A stretch of 64,000 bases of DNA, taken from the NCBI RefSeq assembly GCF_009914755.1, contig NC_060925.1, one strand, 5' to 3'. Position numbers and translations under genes: made by a program. Below are positions 14,316 through 26,137 of this stretch, in pieces. The DNA comes from the human T2T-CHM13v2.0 reference genome, Homo sapiens. The notes below the pieces were generated by a model. That model was not told where the DNA came from. It worked only from the letters and a program-made list of their open reading frames with translations, and ran no database searches. Each line of letters opens with the position of its first letter. Position 1 is the first letter of the stretch.

Positions 14316-14873
14316 CAGGGATCTAGAACTAGAAATACCATTTGACCCAGCCATCCCATTACTGGGTATATACCCAAAGGATTATAAATCATGCTGCTAT
14401 AAAGACACATGCACACGTATGTTTATTGCGGCATTATTCACAATAGCAAAGACTTGGAACCAACCCAAATGTCCAACAATGATAGACTGGATTAAGAAAA
14501 TGTGGCACATATACACCATGGAATACTATGCAGCCATAAAAAGTGATGAGTTCATGTCCTTTGTAGGGACATGGATGAAACTGGAAATCATCATTCTCAG
14601 TAAACTATCACAAGGACAAAAAACCAAACAACACATGTTCTCACTCATAGGTGGGAATTGAACAATGAGAACACGTGGACACAGGAAGGGGAACATCACA
14701 ATCTGGGGACTGTTGTGGGGTGGGGGGAGTGGGGAGGGATAGCATTAGGAGATATACCTAAAGCTAAATGACGAGTTAATGGGTGCAGCACACCAGCATG
14801 GCACATGTATACATATGTAACTAACCTGCACATTGTGCACATGTACCCTAAAACTTAAAGTATAATAATAAAA
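14316..14873 (+). mobile_element. 5'-truncated young L1 (L1PA3-like) with TSD
   Basis: L1 ORF2 C-terminus (MFIAALFTIAKTWNQPKCP...), 3' UTR and poly(A); 16-bp TSD aaaaatcatgagagtc at 14300-14315 and 14874-14889; TTTT/AA endonuclease site. Confidence 0.95.
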
Positions 14874-14889
14874 AAAAATCATGAGAGTC

Positions 14890-15820
14890 AGTTTGGATTT
14901 TGTCACAGCAACTTAAAACATGTCCACAATTGAACTTTTTGTCTTCTTCCCCAAACTTGATTCTCAGGGGCTAAGGTTCCCCAAACTTGGTTCTCAAGGG
15001 AACCAAGGTTCTCTGGGACCTGGAATGTTCCCTGGCATTAACAAATGACTCAGCCCTTCCATCACCCAGGTATAGGTTTGCCCTAGGCGCTCTTCTCACT
15101 CCCCACTCTTGCTTCCTTTATGCCACTGCCTCCAAAATAAATTCTAGTAACCCAAACCCTCCTACCACACTCCAGACTTGAGGCAAAACTGTCTGATGTA
15201 CATCCCTCCTGGAGATCCCACCGGCACCTCAAATGCATGTCCAAAATTGAACTCTTTATCTATTTTCCTAAGCCTCCTTCATTCCTTATCTCCATGAATG
15301 ACAACACCCAGTTGCCTAAGCAAAATATGTCAACTCCTTCTCCCTCGCTCTCATATTCAATCAGTAACTAACTTCTGTTGATTCTATCTCTTCAGTATCT
15401 CTTGTACTTGTCACATCCTCATCACATCCCTATTAAGTGGAGGCCCTCTTTCTACTGCCAGAGTCTACCTGGTGTCCTATTTTAAATTTCACTCATTTTG
15501 AATCCATCCTCCATATCGGCTCCAGGGTCAATTTTGAAACTCACAAATTCTTTTGCTGTTACATCCGTGCTTGGGACTTCTTAAAGACTCCCTGCTGCAC
15601 AGAAGATAAAGTCTAGACTCCTCGTAGGGGCACAAAAGACTCTCAGTGACCTAAGGCCCTTGCCAATCTTTTTTATTTTTCCACTCTCCCCACCCTCCCC
15701 TATTGCACCCTACACTCCAGTCAGATTAAACTACTTGCAGCTCTCCAAATGTGCAAGGCTAATCCATGTTTGTATTTTTGCCCCAGTGATTTTCTTTTTC
15801 TAGAATGTTCGCTCCTCCCC
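14890..15820. mobile_element. L2 LINE fragments
   Basis: Typical L2 text cacctcaaatgcatgtccaaaattgaactc, cccagttgcctaagcaaaa, gataaagtctagactcc. Confidence 0.6.
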
Positions 15821-16188
15821 CACTTACCCTTCCTAGCTGCAGTGATAGAGTCTGTATGACAGGCTCATTGCACTCAGGGCCTCAGCCACTCTTGGCTATA
15901 ACTACACTAGCTTGAGGGCTGTGGAATAAAATCCTGCTGCCAGTAGACCCTGGGTGGCCAAGCATCTTCCAAACCAAATGCTCTCTCACTCCAGCTGTGT
16001 TGGCTTTGTTTATATAATAGCAGCAATATAACACTACTAATAATAATTGTAACAAAAATAGGAAAATACTACAAAGAATTTGCTGTATGATTGGTACAAC
16101 AATGAACTAGACATATACAGGTCTGCCCTCAGGGAGTTTATAGTTTAGTGAGGGTGCCAGATAATCAACAAATAAAATAAGCATCACT

Positions 16189-16620
16189 TATTATGGTAGA
16201 TCATACTAATTGTTCACAATCATTTGTTCTCTCCTTGCCCTTGCTATACATCTCTTGAGGTGGTGCTCTCTTCCCTATCCCCATTGACTTTGGGCTTAGT
16301 CTTGCAATTTACTTTAGCCCACGGAATTGTGAGTGGACATGACGTAGGCATTTCCAAGCAGAGGCTATAAATGTACTTGAGTAGTTTGGCTCTGTTCCCT
16401 GAAGCTTCTGCCTTCTGGCATGAGAACAACATGCTCTAGGCACAACGTGGTCCTTCAGCCTGTGTCCCAGAACGAGATGTTATGTGGAGCCCAGGAGAGC
16501 CCTGCAGAGCTGCAGCTGACTTACAACCCTCTTGAGATATGAGTAATAAATAAATATTTATTGTTTCAAGTCATTGAGAGTTTCGGGCTGTTGATGCCAC
16601 AGCAAAAGTTGACTAATACA
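16189..16620 (+). mobile_element. Old MLT1 (MLT1I/J-like) LTR
   Basis: ccccattgactttgggcttagtc...ttgtttcaagtcattgagagtttcggg...gttgactaataca end. Confidence 0.7.
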
Positions 16621-16837
16621 CTTATAAAAAAGGGTATGAAGGAAATAAAAAGTGACATCGCTCTTCTGGATAAGGTGGTTAGAGATGGTCTCTCTGGGAA
16701 TGTGACAGTTAAGGAATGATGAGATGGAGCCAGTCTTGTGAGGGACACTCCAACATGGTGAACTGTAAGTGGAAAGGCATTGAGGTAGGCAAGAGTTTTG
16801 ATGGAAGAGCGGCATGGGATGAGGGGGAGAGAGGTAG

Positions 16838-17183
<346 letters not shown>

Positions 17184-17337
17184 CAGAGCTTGAGTTTCAA
17201 GTCAGTGACAAGTAAGAAAAAAAAGATAAACCACTATATATAGCCTCATAGACCTCTGACTCAGATCCCTCTTGGCATGGCATTCAAATCAATCACTGAG
17301 GCCCAATTCCTTTCTTGGCATGAGGTCTTTGGCATGT

Positions 17338-17465
17338 TAGGGTACCCACGTAACATATTGCCCAAACTGGTTTTGAGAATGAAAGATGGCACTATGGATA
17401 ATTACCTAGAACAAAAGATGTAAACTGGGATTGTCCCAAGCAAATAGGGATATATTGTCACCCTA
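17338..17465. mobile_element. MER81/MER94-like hAT MITE
   Basis: Inverted termini tagggtacc...gtcacccta and ctgggattgtccc. Confidence 0.55.
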
Positions 17466-17770
17466 CTCATGGTAGCAGCTATTCATGAAACTAGCTTTTG
17501 CTTCAAGTTCCTCATTCACAACTCAATCCCCTCTGGAACTGGAATCCTAAACTGAAGCTCATTGGTAGGGGTCTGATGATTGCTAAGTTCTTGCCCTCTA
17601 TGGCTGGACCCTGTTACCTGTATCCCATAGAGGTTGGCTAGGTTCTTGGTATAAATTACATGACTGTTCATCAGCATAACCTTTGGAAATTACCCACTGC
17701 CTGGAATTACCCTGTGGCCATGACTGATTCTTGCCACACCTCTGGAATAATGCATTGTCCCCACCAAACC

Positions 17771-19620
17771 ATTCCAGGTGCTTACCCCGGCCTTTAGGCC
17801 CTCTTCATTGAGATGTTTAGAGGTCTTTCCCAAGGCCAGGCTCTGCACTGGGATTTTCATGCATTCCTCAGTGGCTGGCTGAGGAACTCATATCCCCAGC
17901 TCACAGGAAAGATTCTGATACCTTATGGAACAAAGCACAAAAAAGGCCTCCTGCCCTATGCTACTGGGAAGTAGCTGAGTCCACACTCTTGGGGCTCAGC
18001 TTTTACCTTGAAAACAGACCATAAGTTCTTTGGAAAATATACGTAGCCAGACCAAGCCACCATGCCAAAGTTGGAGCAAATATGAATCCTTCTAAAAATT
18101 GGGGGTTTGCATGTATTTTTCACTTATTAGCTGTACGCATTTGGGAGGAAGGAAGAGGGCAGGTACTTTACATCATTGAGTCTTTCCCCTCATATATAAA
18201 AATGGGATTAATAACTTCTAAATTACAGCTTTGTTGTGAAGACTCAACGCAATGAAGTTTGTGAAGGCATGGAACACAGCACTGTGCTGGGCTCAGGGAA
18301 GGTATACATTCAATTTTGGCTGAATTTGAAACAAGAGGGACATCCCCACTCTGCTGCTGATGGCTGTCTCCACGCATGCTTCTGCTTGGTGTATCTCCTA
18401 GTCTTAATCAGCCTACTAAGGCAGCAAAAGTGGTGTCTCCCCACTTCTCCCTTACCACACCCTCAATCCAGCAAGACCCCAGGCCAAAAGGTTTGCTCTT
18501 TGATCCTCAGTCCCTCCTCTCCTCAAGGAATGAACAGGTAACTCCAAGTCCAGAAGATTCTGACAAAACTCCCCATTTGCAGGAATGACTGACTGCTCGA
18601 CTGCCAACTGTGACCTGGTGAGGCACCTTCTGTGAGCAGATCTGTGGGCAGATAACCTTAGAAAGGAGAGGCACTGTCAGCTGCATGGGGGTACCTGGTA
18701 CTGAACAGCCCTTCACTTGAGTGTTGGATATTCTGTCAGTCTTGAGTCTCACTGTGAGATTCTGAGGAACTGTGACATGTTGGGGAACAGATGGAAGTCC
18801 TGATGACCCAGTCTTTCCATGTCCCAAGCAAAGGCTACTCAAAAGTGCTTCTCTCCTGTGAGATCCCACAGCTGCCTGCACCCAGCCCCCAGGATCCTAT
18901 GAGTGATACTCGTAGCGTCCTATTCTTCCTACATGGGCAGATCCCAGATGGTCTCTATGCCCAGCTAAGGTTAGCTTCAGCTGCTCTTATTAATCTGGTC
19001 AGCCAGACACAGGTATTAGCTAGGAAAAAAGTATCTTGGCATGATGTAATCCAAGAGCTCAAGCCTTCCCATTAGCCCAGAGGAATTCAAGGAAGGGTGT
19101 GGATCACATCTTCAACAACTCAGGGGATGTTCTCAGGACTGTAGGCCCAGGTCCCTGGGTCTTTGAGGCACTCAGGGCCTGTCCTCTTCACTTGAGCCCC
19201 TGAGCTCTGTTAGAGAGCTCCATCATGCATTCTAAGCCTGTTCGTCAGAGCATCCTCACTCAAGGAGTCTAGAACTGCCATGGTCCATTCATGCCTCAGA
19301 CCACCACCCACTGAAGACTGGAAAACAATACATGCTGATTGTTCTCCATGACACAAGGAAGTACATTTGGATTTTCTTCCAGGGGAAACACGATAATCCA
19401 AGGGAGTTTACAGGTAGCCTGGGGGAGCTCCCTGCAAGACCATGGGGGAGTCTGATCTAAGTCCCAGAGCAAGATGAGAGTTGATCAGGTAGCCTAGGGC
19501 CAGGAGCCTTTTCTCTGAACCCACCTCCCCTGAGTCACCCAAAAGATTGCTCTTGTACATAAGGCCTAGAGGAAGGGCCAATCAACACAAGAGGGGGTAA
19601 CCCAAGGCCCTCTTAGAAAG
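17771..19620 (+). mobile_element. Highly decayed Ty3/Gypsy-like pol relic (RNase H and integrase), interrupted by a MIR at ~18110-18310
   Basis: Manual translation gives correctly spaced motifs: IPGAYP..LFI...YGTKHKKGLL...K*LSPHSWGSAFTLKTDHK (RNase H); IPDGL...TQVLARKKVSW (IN zinc-finger region); PWSIHASD...GKQYMLIVLHDTRKY...ARHG after a 1-nt shift (IN core). Confidence 0.6.
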
Positions 19621-20863
19621 CCAAGCCCTAGAAAAGGTATGTAGTGCCTTCCCCGAGGACCACAGAGTCTGAGGACACCCACATCACTGAGGGCTGATAG
19701 TAATGCACATATGTTCAAGTAAGATGACAAATTCACCAAGAGGCTCAAAGAACAGGGTTGGGGTATTGATAGAACTTCAAGCTCCAGCTTTTGAGCCAGC
19801 AGCTGTGAAAACAGACCCTGGCTGGGGAAACTCTGTTGGCCTCCACAGCTCTCTGAGTCAGGCATGGCAGAGCACAGTGGAGAATGCATACACACAACTT
19901 TGGATATTTTACAGAGAAAACAGAGCCTGTTGGCTTGATCCCAAAGGTGAAAGCTGAAATGAGAATGACAGAGATACCTCATTCCCCTATAAGTAGAGGT
20001 CACAGCCCAGGATTAGACTCCTAAAGCTTGACCAGTTTTCCCAGTTCCTCTTCCACGCAGGTAGCTGTGGTCCTAATATACCTTGGACCAGGACTCTTAG
20101 CTGGAATAAGGCCTTTGAACTGGGCCTTGGATTAAACTGTGTTCACAGTTTGGTTTTGGACAGATTCCTGGGTTGGATTGGACTGAAATTTTTGCCTGTG
20201 CTACAATCTTCCAAGAAGACTTCTGAAAATCTGCCAGTTGGAATGAATTTTTCTTCCTCTACATTCTGGTAGCACTTTGTGACCACATCTATGTGCAATA
20301 ATTCAGAGACTGCTTTAAAATAAAAGCACATGCTTATCTTACTCACTAGACTATGAGCTCTTGGAGGGCAAGAACCATGTTTGAATCATCTTCATCACTT
20401 GCCCGGTGCTGAGTGTAATGGCCAGTACATAGTACCCACTCCCTTCCACATTTTGCTGCATTTAAATTAAATGAAAAACATCAAGTTGTAATGTGGGAGT
20501 ACTGGACCATGCATCTCACTCCTTGATGGGATACCAACATGGAGGTCAACATCCCACGGACCCTGGGAGACTACAATCATCCTAATAACTGAGTTATGGC
20601 AGCTCAGCCTGGCCAACTTAATAGCAACAGCATATGAACACAACGTATCACCACATGTATCACAACCCCATGTATCTTGGCATGACACAAGTATTAGCTA
20701 GGAAAAAAGTCTCTTGGCATGATGTAATCCAAGAGCTCAAGCCTTCCCATTAGCCCAGAGGAATTCAAGAAAGGAATTCAAGAGACAAATTCAAGGGACC
20801 AAACCTCACAGAACTGACACAAAACTTTCCCCAAGCAACTGGCATACAGTATGTGTTCCATAC

Positions 20864-21035
20864 TAGTTGTTCAGAAATATGACCTAATGTCTAGATCATC
20901 TAGGAGTTTTTTAGAACTACAATTCCTAGGCCCCATTTTGGACCTACTGAATTGGAATTTTGGGGGACAAGGCCAAGAATTTTGTATTTTAAAAGGCCTA
21001 TGAGTGATTCTAATGGTTAGCTGGGTTTGGGTCTA
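20864..21035. mobile_element. MER5-like hAT MITE
   Basis: aattcctaggccccattttggacctactgaattggaa...gtattttaaaagg...tgattctaatg. Confidence 0.6.
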
Positions 21036-22539
21036 CTTTAGACCACGCAGGGCCACCAAAGACACTTCCTTCTCCTATAAAGTACCTGACTGTTTAGGCA
21101 TAAAGGAAACAAGTGATGTATGTGACTCACACTGGCCTGGCAGGGAAAGTGTTGACTAATTCCTTGGACATCCTGATAGGAAATGCTGGGAGCCTCCTTC
21201 GTGAGCCATCCCTTCAGTCTGCCTGATTTCACCCTGGCCAGGTACACTGAAGAGCTGGATCCCACGGGCTTGGTTCTTACAGCCAGATTCTAAGCCAAGC
21301 CCAGCTAAGCATGATGGTACTTTGGGAAGTTCTAGTCCTACAAACTGTTGGGGTGAGATGTGTGTGGCTGCACAGAGCCAGTAACTGGTGGGCTTGTGAG
21401 AAGCCCAGCATACATATAGGCCCACTCAGTTTTAGGATCTCCCTCTCCTGCTAACCCTTCTTCAATATGTATGCCCCAGTCCAAGGACTGGGCTTCTATT
21501 CTGGTTCATGGTTTCCTCTCTAGTCTCTGCTGTGAGACTGAAGTCTCTTTTTGGAGACTGAAGCCTTTGGATGGGTCAAGGATATACTTTGCCGGGATAC
21601 ACCCTATTCCCTTGGGTGAGGACATGAGTCAATCCAGAATCTTCCTTCCCCCATAAAGTATCTGCCTATTTGAAAACAAAGGTAACAGGCAATGATATGA
21701 CCCATACTGGCCTGGTAGGACAAGAATTGACTCCACCTCCTTGTACATTCTGAGAGGCAACACCAGCAGCCTCCTTTGTGACCCATTCCTTCATCCAGGG
21801 TCAGCTCTTTCAGCCCTGGACTCCCTCAACTCTGGCATACACTTCCCAGGCTGCCCCATGGCCCTGGGACGCTTCATAGCTATGACTAGTGCCCATTCTC
21901 CAGTACAGTAGCAGATACAGACCCTCCCCCATCCTGCTACCACCCCTGACTTTCCACTCAAGGCGACGTCCCCTTCAGATCACTGGGAGAATTCTGCAGA
22001 GCGGGCACCCCCTGCTCTGCCTGCCACTAGCAAAGGGAAACCACAGGTCTTCAGTGTTCAGGTTCTTGAGGACTGGATAACAGAGGGAGGGAGACCTGGG
22101 ACTTCCTAAGTTCCCTGTTTATTTTCTGGGGCTATCTGTAGGTCAATGAAACCTTGAAAGAAGTCTAGAGAAATGAGGGGAATGTTACATTAAGCAGAGG
22201 AAGCTCACACCGATCACGGTCCCTGGCCTAATCACAAACAGTTCCCAGGAATATTATCCCTCATGCTGAGGCTGATGCATTTAAATCTTTGCTGATCCCA
22301 ACTCTGGCTCTGATCATTTGAAAAAGGCAATTTCCAAGGACTCTAGCTATTGTGATCATATTTTCTGGGCCAAGGGAAATGATGTTTGAAATTGCATTTG
22401 TCCTGGAAAATCTGGGATTGTATGTTTACAGGGAACACTAGGTTTCAGCCATAGAGGGGAGGGAAAATAGAGCATGCTTCACCTGTGCATGTGGCATTGA
22501 GGTCAGGGTGGGAGGAGAAATGAAAAAAGTACCTGCCTA

Positions 22540-23400
22540 TTTAAGAATAAAGGTGACAAGCAATGTATGCGAAGCAATGCATGTGACCTATATGAAGAAA
22601 ACCATGGAGCTGTTATATTTAGAAAGACGGAAGTAGGCGAACAAAAACATGTGTCTGGATATGAGGGCTGTGTATTATAAAAATGCCTATTTTCTTCAAG
22701 TTAATTTATATTTTAACAGGAGTGCACATACAAAAATCCCAATAGGATGTTTTTTTTACTCTGACAAAATGATTCTAAAATTAATCTTGAACAACAAACA
22801 GATGAGAATAACAATGAATATTCTGAAAGAGAAAATAATTCAGGGAGGAAGGAGTTGTTTCTAGCTCTGCCAGATATTAGAACACATTATAAAACAACAA
22901 TTAAAATTATTCAATACCAGTGCTAAGATAGAAATAGAGCAGCAGAACAAAGTGGTGACTCAAGAAATAGACTTAACTACATTTGAGGATTCAGTATGTA
23001 ATAAAACAATTCATTTCCCTCAAATCAAAAGGGAAATGAATTACTTAATAAATTGTGTTGGAAAACTGCATAATAGTTTGGACAATATTATACATTCATC
23101 TAAGTAAACTCCAGATGGAGTAACAAATTATATTTTAAAAAATCAAATTACTGACAAATAACCAAAAATAGAACGAACTGTTTCTCAGATCCATGGCAGA
23201 ATAACTTTGTCAGCTTTGAAAATAAATCACAAATACTGAGAGACTTGTTTATATAGAAATGTAAGACAACTATACAATGAAAAATAGAAAATAAATAGGG
23301 AAAATGAGGTTGGGAAAATACATATATCAAATACCACAAAGAATTTCTATACACAATGTAGAAAGAATGCCTTCAAATTGGGAAAGAATACCAACACCTC
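22540..23400 (+). mobile_element. Old L1M ORF2 fragment
   Basis: ctgacaaaatgattctaaaattaatc, ccagatattagaacacattataaa, taagtaaactccagatgga. Confidence 0.6.
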
Positions 23401-24249
23401 AGTAGCCACATGTCAGTACCAGTAGTCACTATACAGGGATTGGAAACAGCAAATGCCCCATGTCCCTCCTAGACAGGGCTGGAACCAGGTCGGCTGAAGA
23501 AAGGCCAAGACTGAAGTCTCTATCCAGTGCCCTGTGATGGCAATCTTGGCAGTCCTCCAGACACCTCTTTTATACCTCTTACCCCAACAGGGACATGTCT
23601 CTGGCCCATGGCTACCCAGCAGTCTGTCTCCAGACTGTGCTCCCATAAACCCACCTCCCTTCTTCATTCATATCCATTAGGCAACAGCCAACCCCTATAG
23701 GAACCATTACAAACCCAAGTACCCAGTCCTGCAGTGTGGGCGCGCGTGTGTGTGTGGGTGTTTATGTGTGCGTCAATGTATCTACGGAACATGTCCCTTT
23801 TGCATAGGCCCAAACCCAGTGGCTTCTCCCAGAACCCACTGCTGCCTCTTGGATGTCTCCTTTTCCAGCAGGGCCTCTCATCTTTCGGGCCCAACCATTC
23901 TAACAGAGAAGATGTCAAGTCTATGCCCCATGAGAAGAGGGGCTGTTGCTCTTCTGTTCAGCACCCACTATGATGCCCACCACATTGCAGGCACTCAATA
24001 AATATGTGTTAAATAAAAGAATGAACCTAATATTCATAGCATCAATGTTTTCTCATTGAAAAACTAAATTATAAGCCACAAGGGCCCACTTCATTTATAT
24101 AATGGTGTCTATCTCCACATGAGAAGAGCTCCTTGAGGACACGGACCGTGCCCAATTCATCTCTGAATTCGTGGCACTTAACCTTGGGCACTTCACAGTA
24201 GTCCACAAAGGTGTGCTACAGAAATAGATTCAACTTACAGCTATTAAAT

Positions 24250-24900
24250 TAGCAACTTTTAAATGGCCACACAAATATTTGAAGTTTAGTGAAGCTAACA
24301 AAGTTTACAAGCAATATATATGTGACCTAAACGAGAAAACCACAAAGTTGTTATCTTTAGAAAAGTGAAAGTAGATAAACATGAAATAGAGGCATGCCAT
24401 GTTTCTGGATGGAAAGACCATACGTTTTGAGTCTTGTTCTTAATCTTACAGCTTTTGCTACTGGCATTATGAACCGACACCATATTTTGGGGAAACCATG
24501 CAACAGTATGCATCAAGAGTCATAAAAATACTCATGTCCTGATCGGATAATGTCAATTCTAGAAATTTATTCTAAGGAAATAATTCAAGAGAAGAAAAAG
24601 CCATAGGCTGAAGATGCTCATTATAGCCTTATATAAAATAATTAAATATAATTGGTTGAATAAGTCATGGTTTATTCACTTGACAGAAGAACCCACAGAT
24701 TTTTAAGAATGATAACTATGTAGCAACATGGTAAGATTCACAGCAGAATATGGGCTTTAAAACATAGAATGCAAAATGGTATGCTCACTCTGATGAAGAC
24801 CACATAACATATGTGTATAGATGGGTAAGAATAAAAAAAGACTGGTCGAATTTGAAATCAGTTTGGTTTAAGGGAGAGAGAATATGAATATTTTCTTTAT
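24250..24900 (+). mobile_element. Old L1M 3' fragments
   Basis: ttctagaaatttattctaaggaaataatt, aagatgctcattatagc. Confidence 0.5.
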
Positions 24901-25809
24901 TTAAACTTGTAGATTTATTTAAACCATTAAATTAGCTTAAACTTGAAAAATATGAGAACATACCAAAAGTCTCTGTCAAGTATTGGCCCTTGAGCTCCAG
25001 ATACGTCTAGAGATAGAGTTACAGCACATTATATAGGGCATGACACCATGAGATTGTCCCTTTAACCTTAGCAGGATCATCCCCAAAGGCCCTTCAGTTT
25101 AGAATTTGACCAGGAACAGCCATACCCTCTTATGCAGCTAACTTTGTACATAGCAGGTACTCAATAAATCAAGATGGATAAATAAATGAACGGGTAGAAG
25201 GAACAGAGAAAATGTAAAGATTAGGAAGAGGTTTCAACCCCAGTATATTGTATGTTGGGGGTATACAATATTGATAGATTTCCAGTAAGGGTCACAAATC
25301 TACCTTTCTTGGATTTGTCTAACTCCTGTCAACCTTTGTTGCTTCATACAGGTAACTCGGCCAGCAGTTTGCTTCTATACTCTGGCCTAGTATTTTTATC
25401 CTAAGGCTTCCTTGTCCTTACATTTGCAGATGATCCCTAAACTTCTAGAAATCTAGTGCAATGGAGACAGGGCAAGACTTGCAGCAAGAACCTGGGTGCA
25501 AATTGCTGCTCTGTTAATTAACAGCTCAAATTCCAGCCTATTATTTAGTGGTTCTATGACCATCGTGTTAGTTATATTTCTTTGAACCTTGTTTTAATCT
25601 ATAAATTGAGAGAATAAATACCCTATAACACAGTAGGGAGGACTCATATATTCCCAATAATGTAGAACATTTAATAAAATTGGCATTCTCCTCTAACCCA
25701 TGCCTTCCCACTGTCATAATGCTACAGACTTTAATCATAGCCTCACTTAAAACACAAATCCATAGGATTCTTCATATTTGGAATTTGACAAAACTAAGTT
25801 ATCCTAGAC

Positions 25810-26015
25810 TAGTCGTTCTTAATCTGTGATTTTTTTCCCCCAGGGAATATTTGGCAATGTCTAGAGATATTTTTGGCTGTCACAGCTGGTGTGTGGGGCG
25901 GGTGCTACTGGTAGATGACAGAGATGTGTTAAATATCCTATAATACACAATACTGCCCCACACAAAAAGAATTATCTAGGCCAAAATATCAATAGTGCTA
26001 AGTTTGAGAAACTCT
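25810..26015. mobile_element. MER20 hAT MITE
   Basis: cccagggaatatttggcaatgtctagagatatttttggctgtcaca...aatagtgctaagtttgagaaactct. Confidence 0.85.
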
Positions 26016-26083
26016 ACTCTGGAGTAATGGTCCATGGGAGAGACCAGATTCTTGCAGATCCCATTACCCAATTCATCCCGGAA

Positions 26084-26093
26084 TGTGTGCGTG

Positions 26094-26136
<43 letters not shown>
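26084..26136. repeat. (TG)n microsatellite
   Basis: ~20 pure TG units at 26096-26136. Confidence 0.95.

Positions 26137-26137
<1 letters not shown>

Noticed and set aside
14419-14661. 80-aa ORF as a gene
   Set aside because: It is the C-terminus of L1 ORF2 in a 5'-truncated L1PA.
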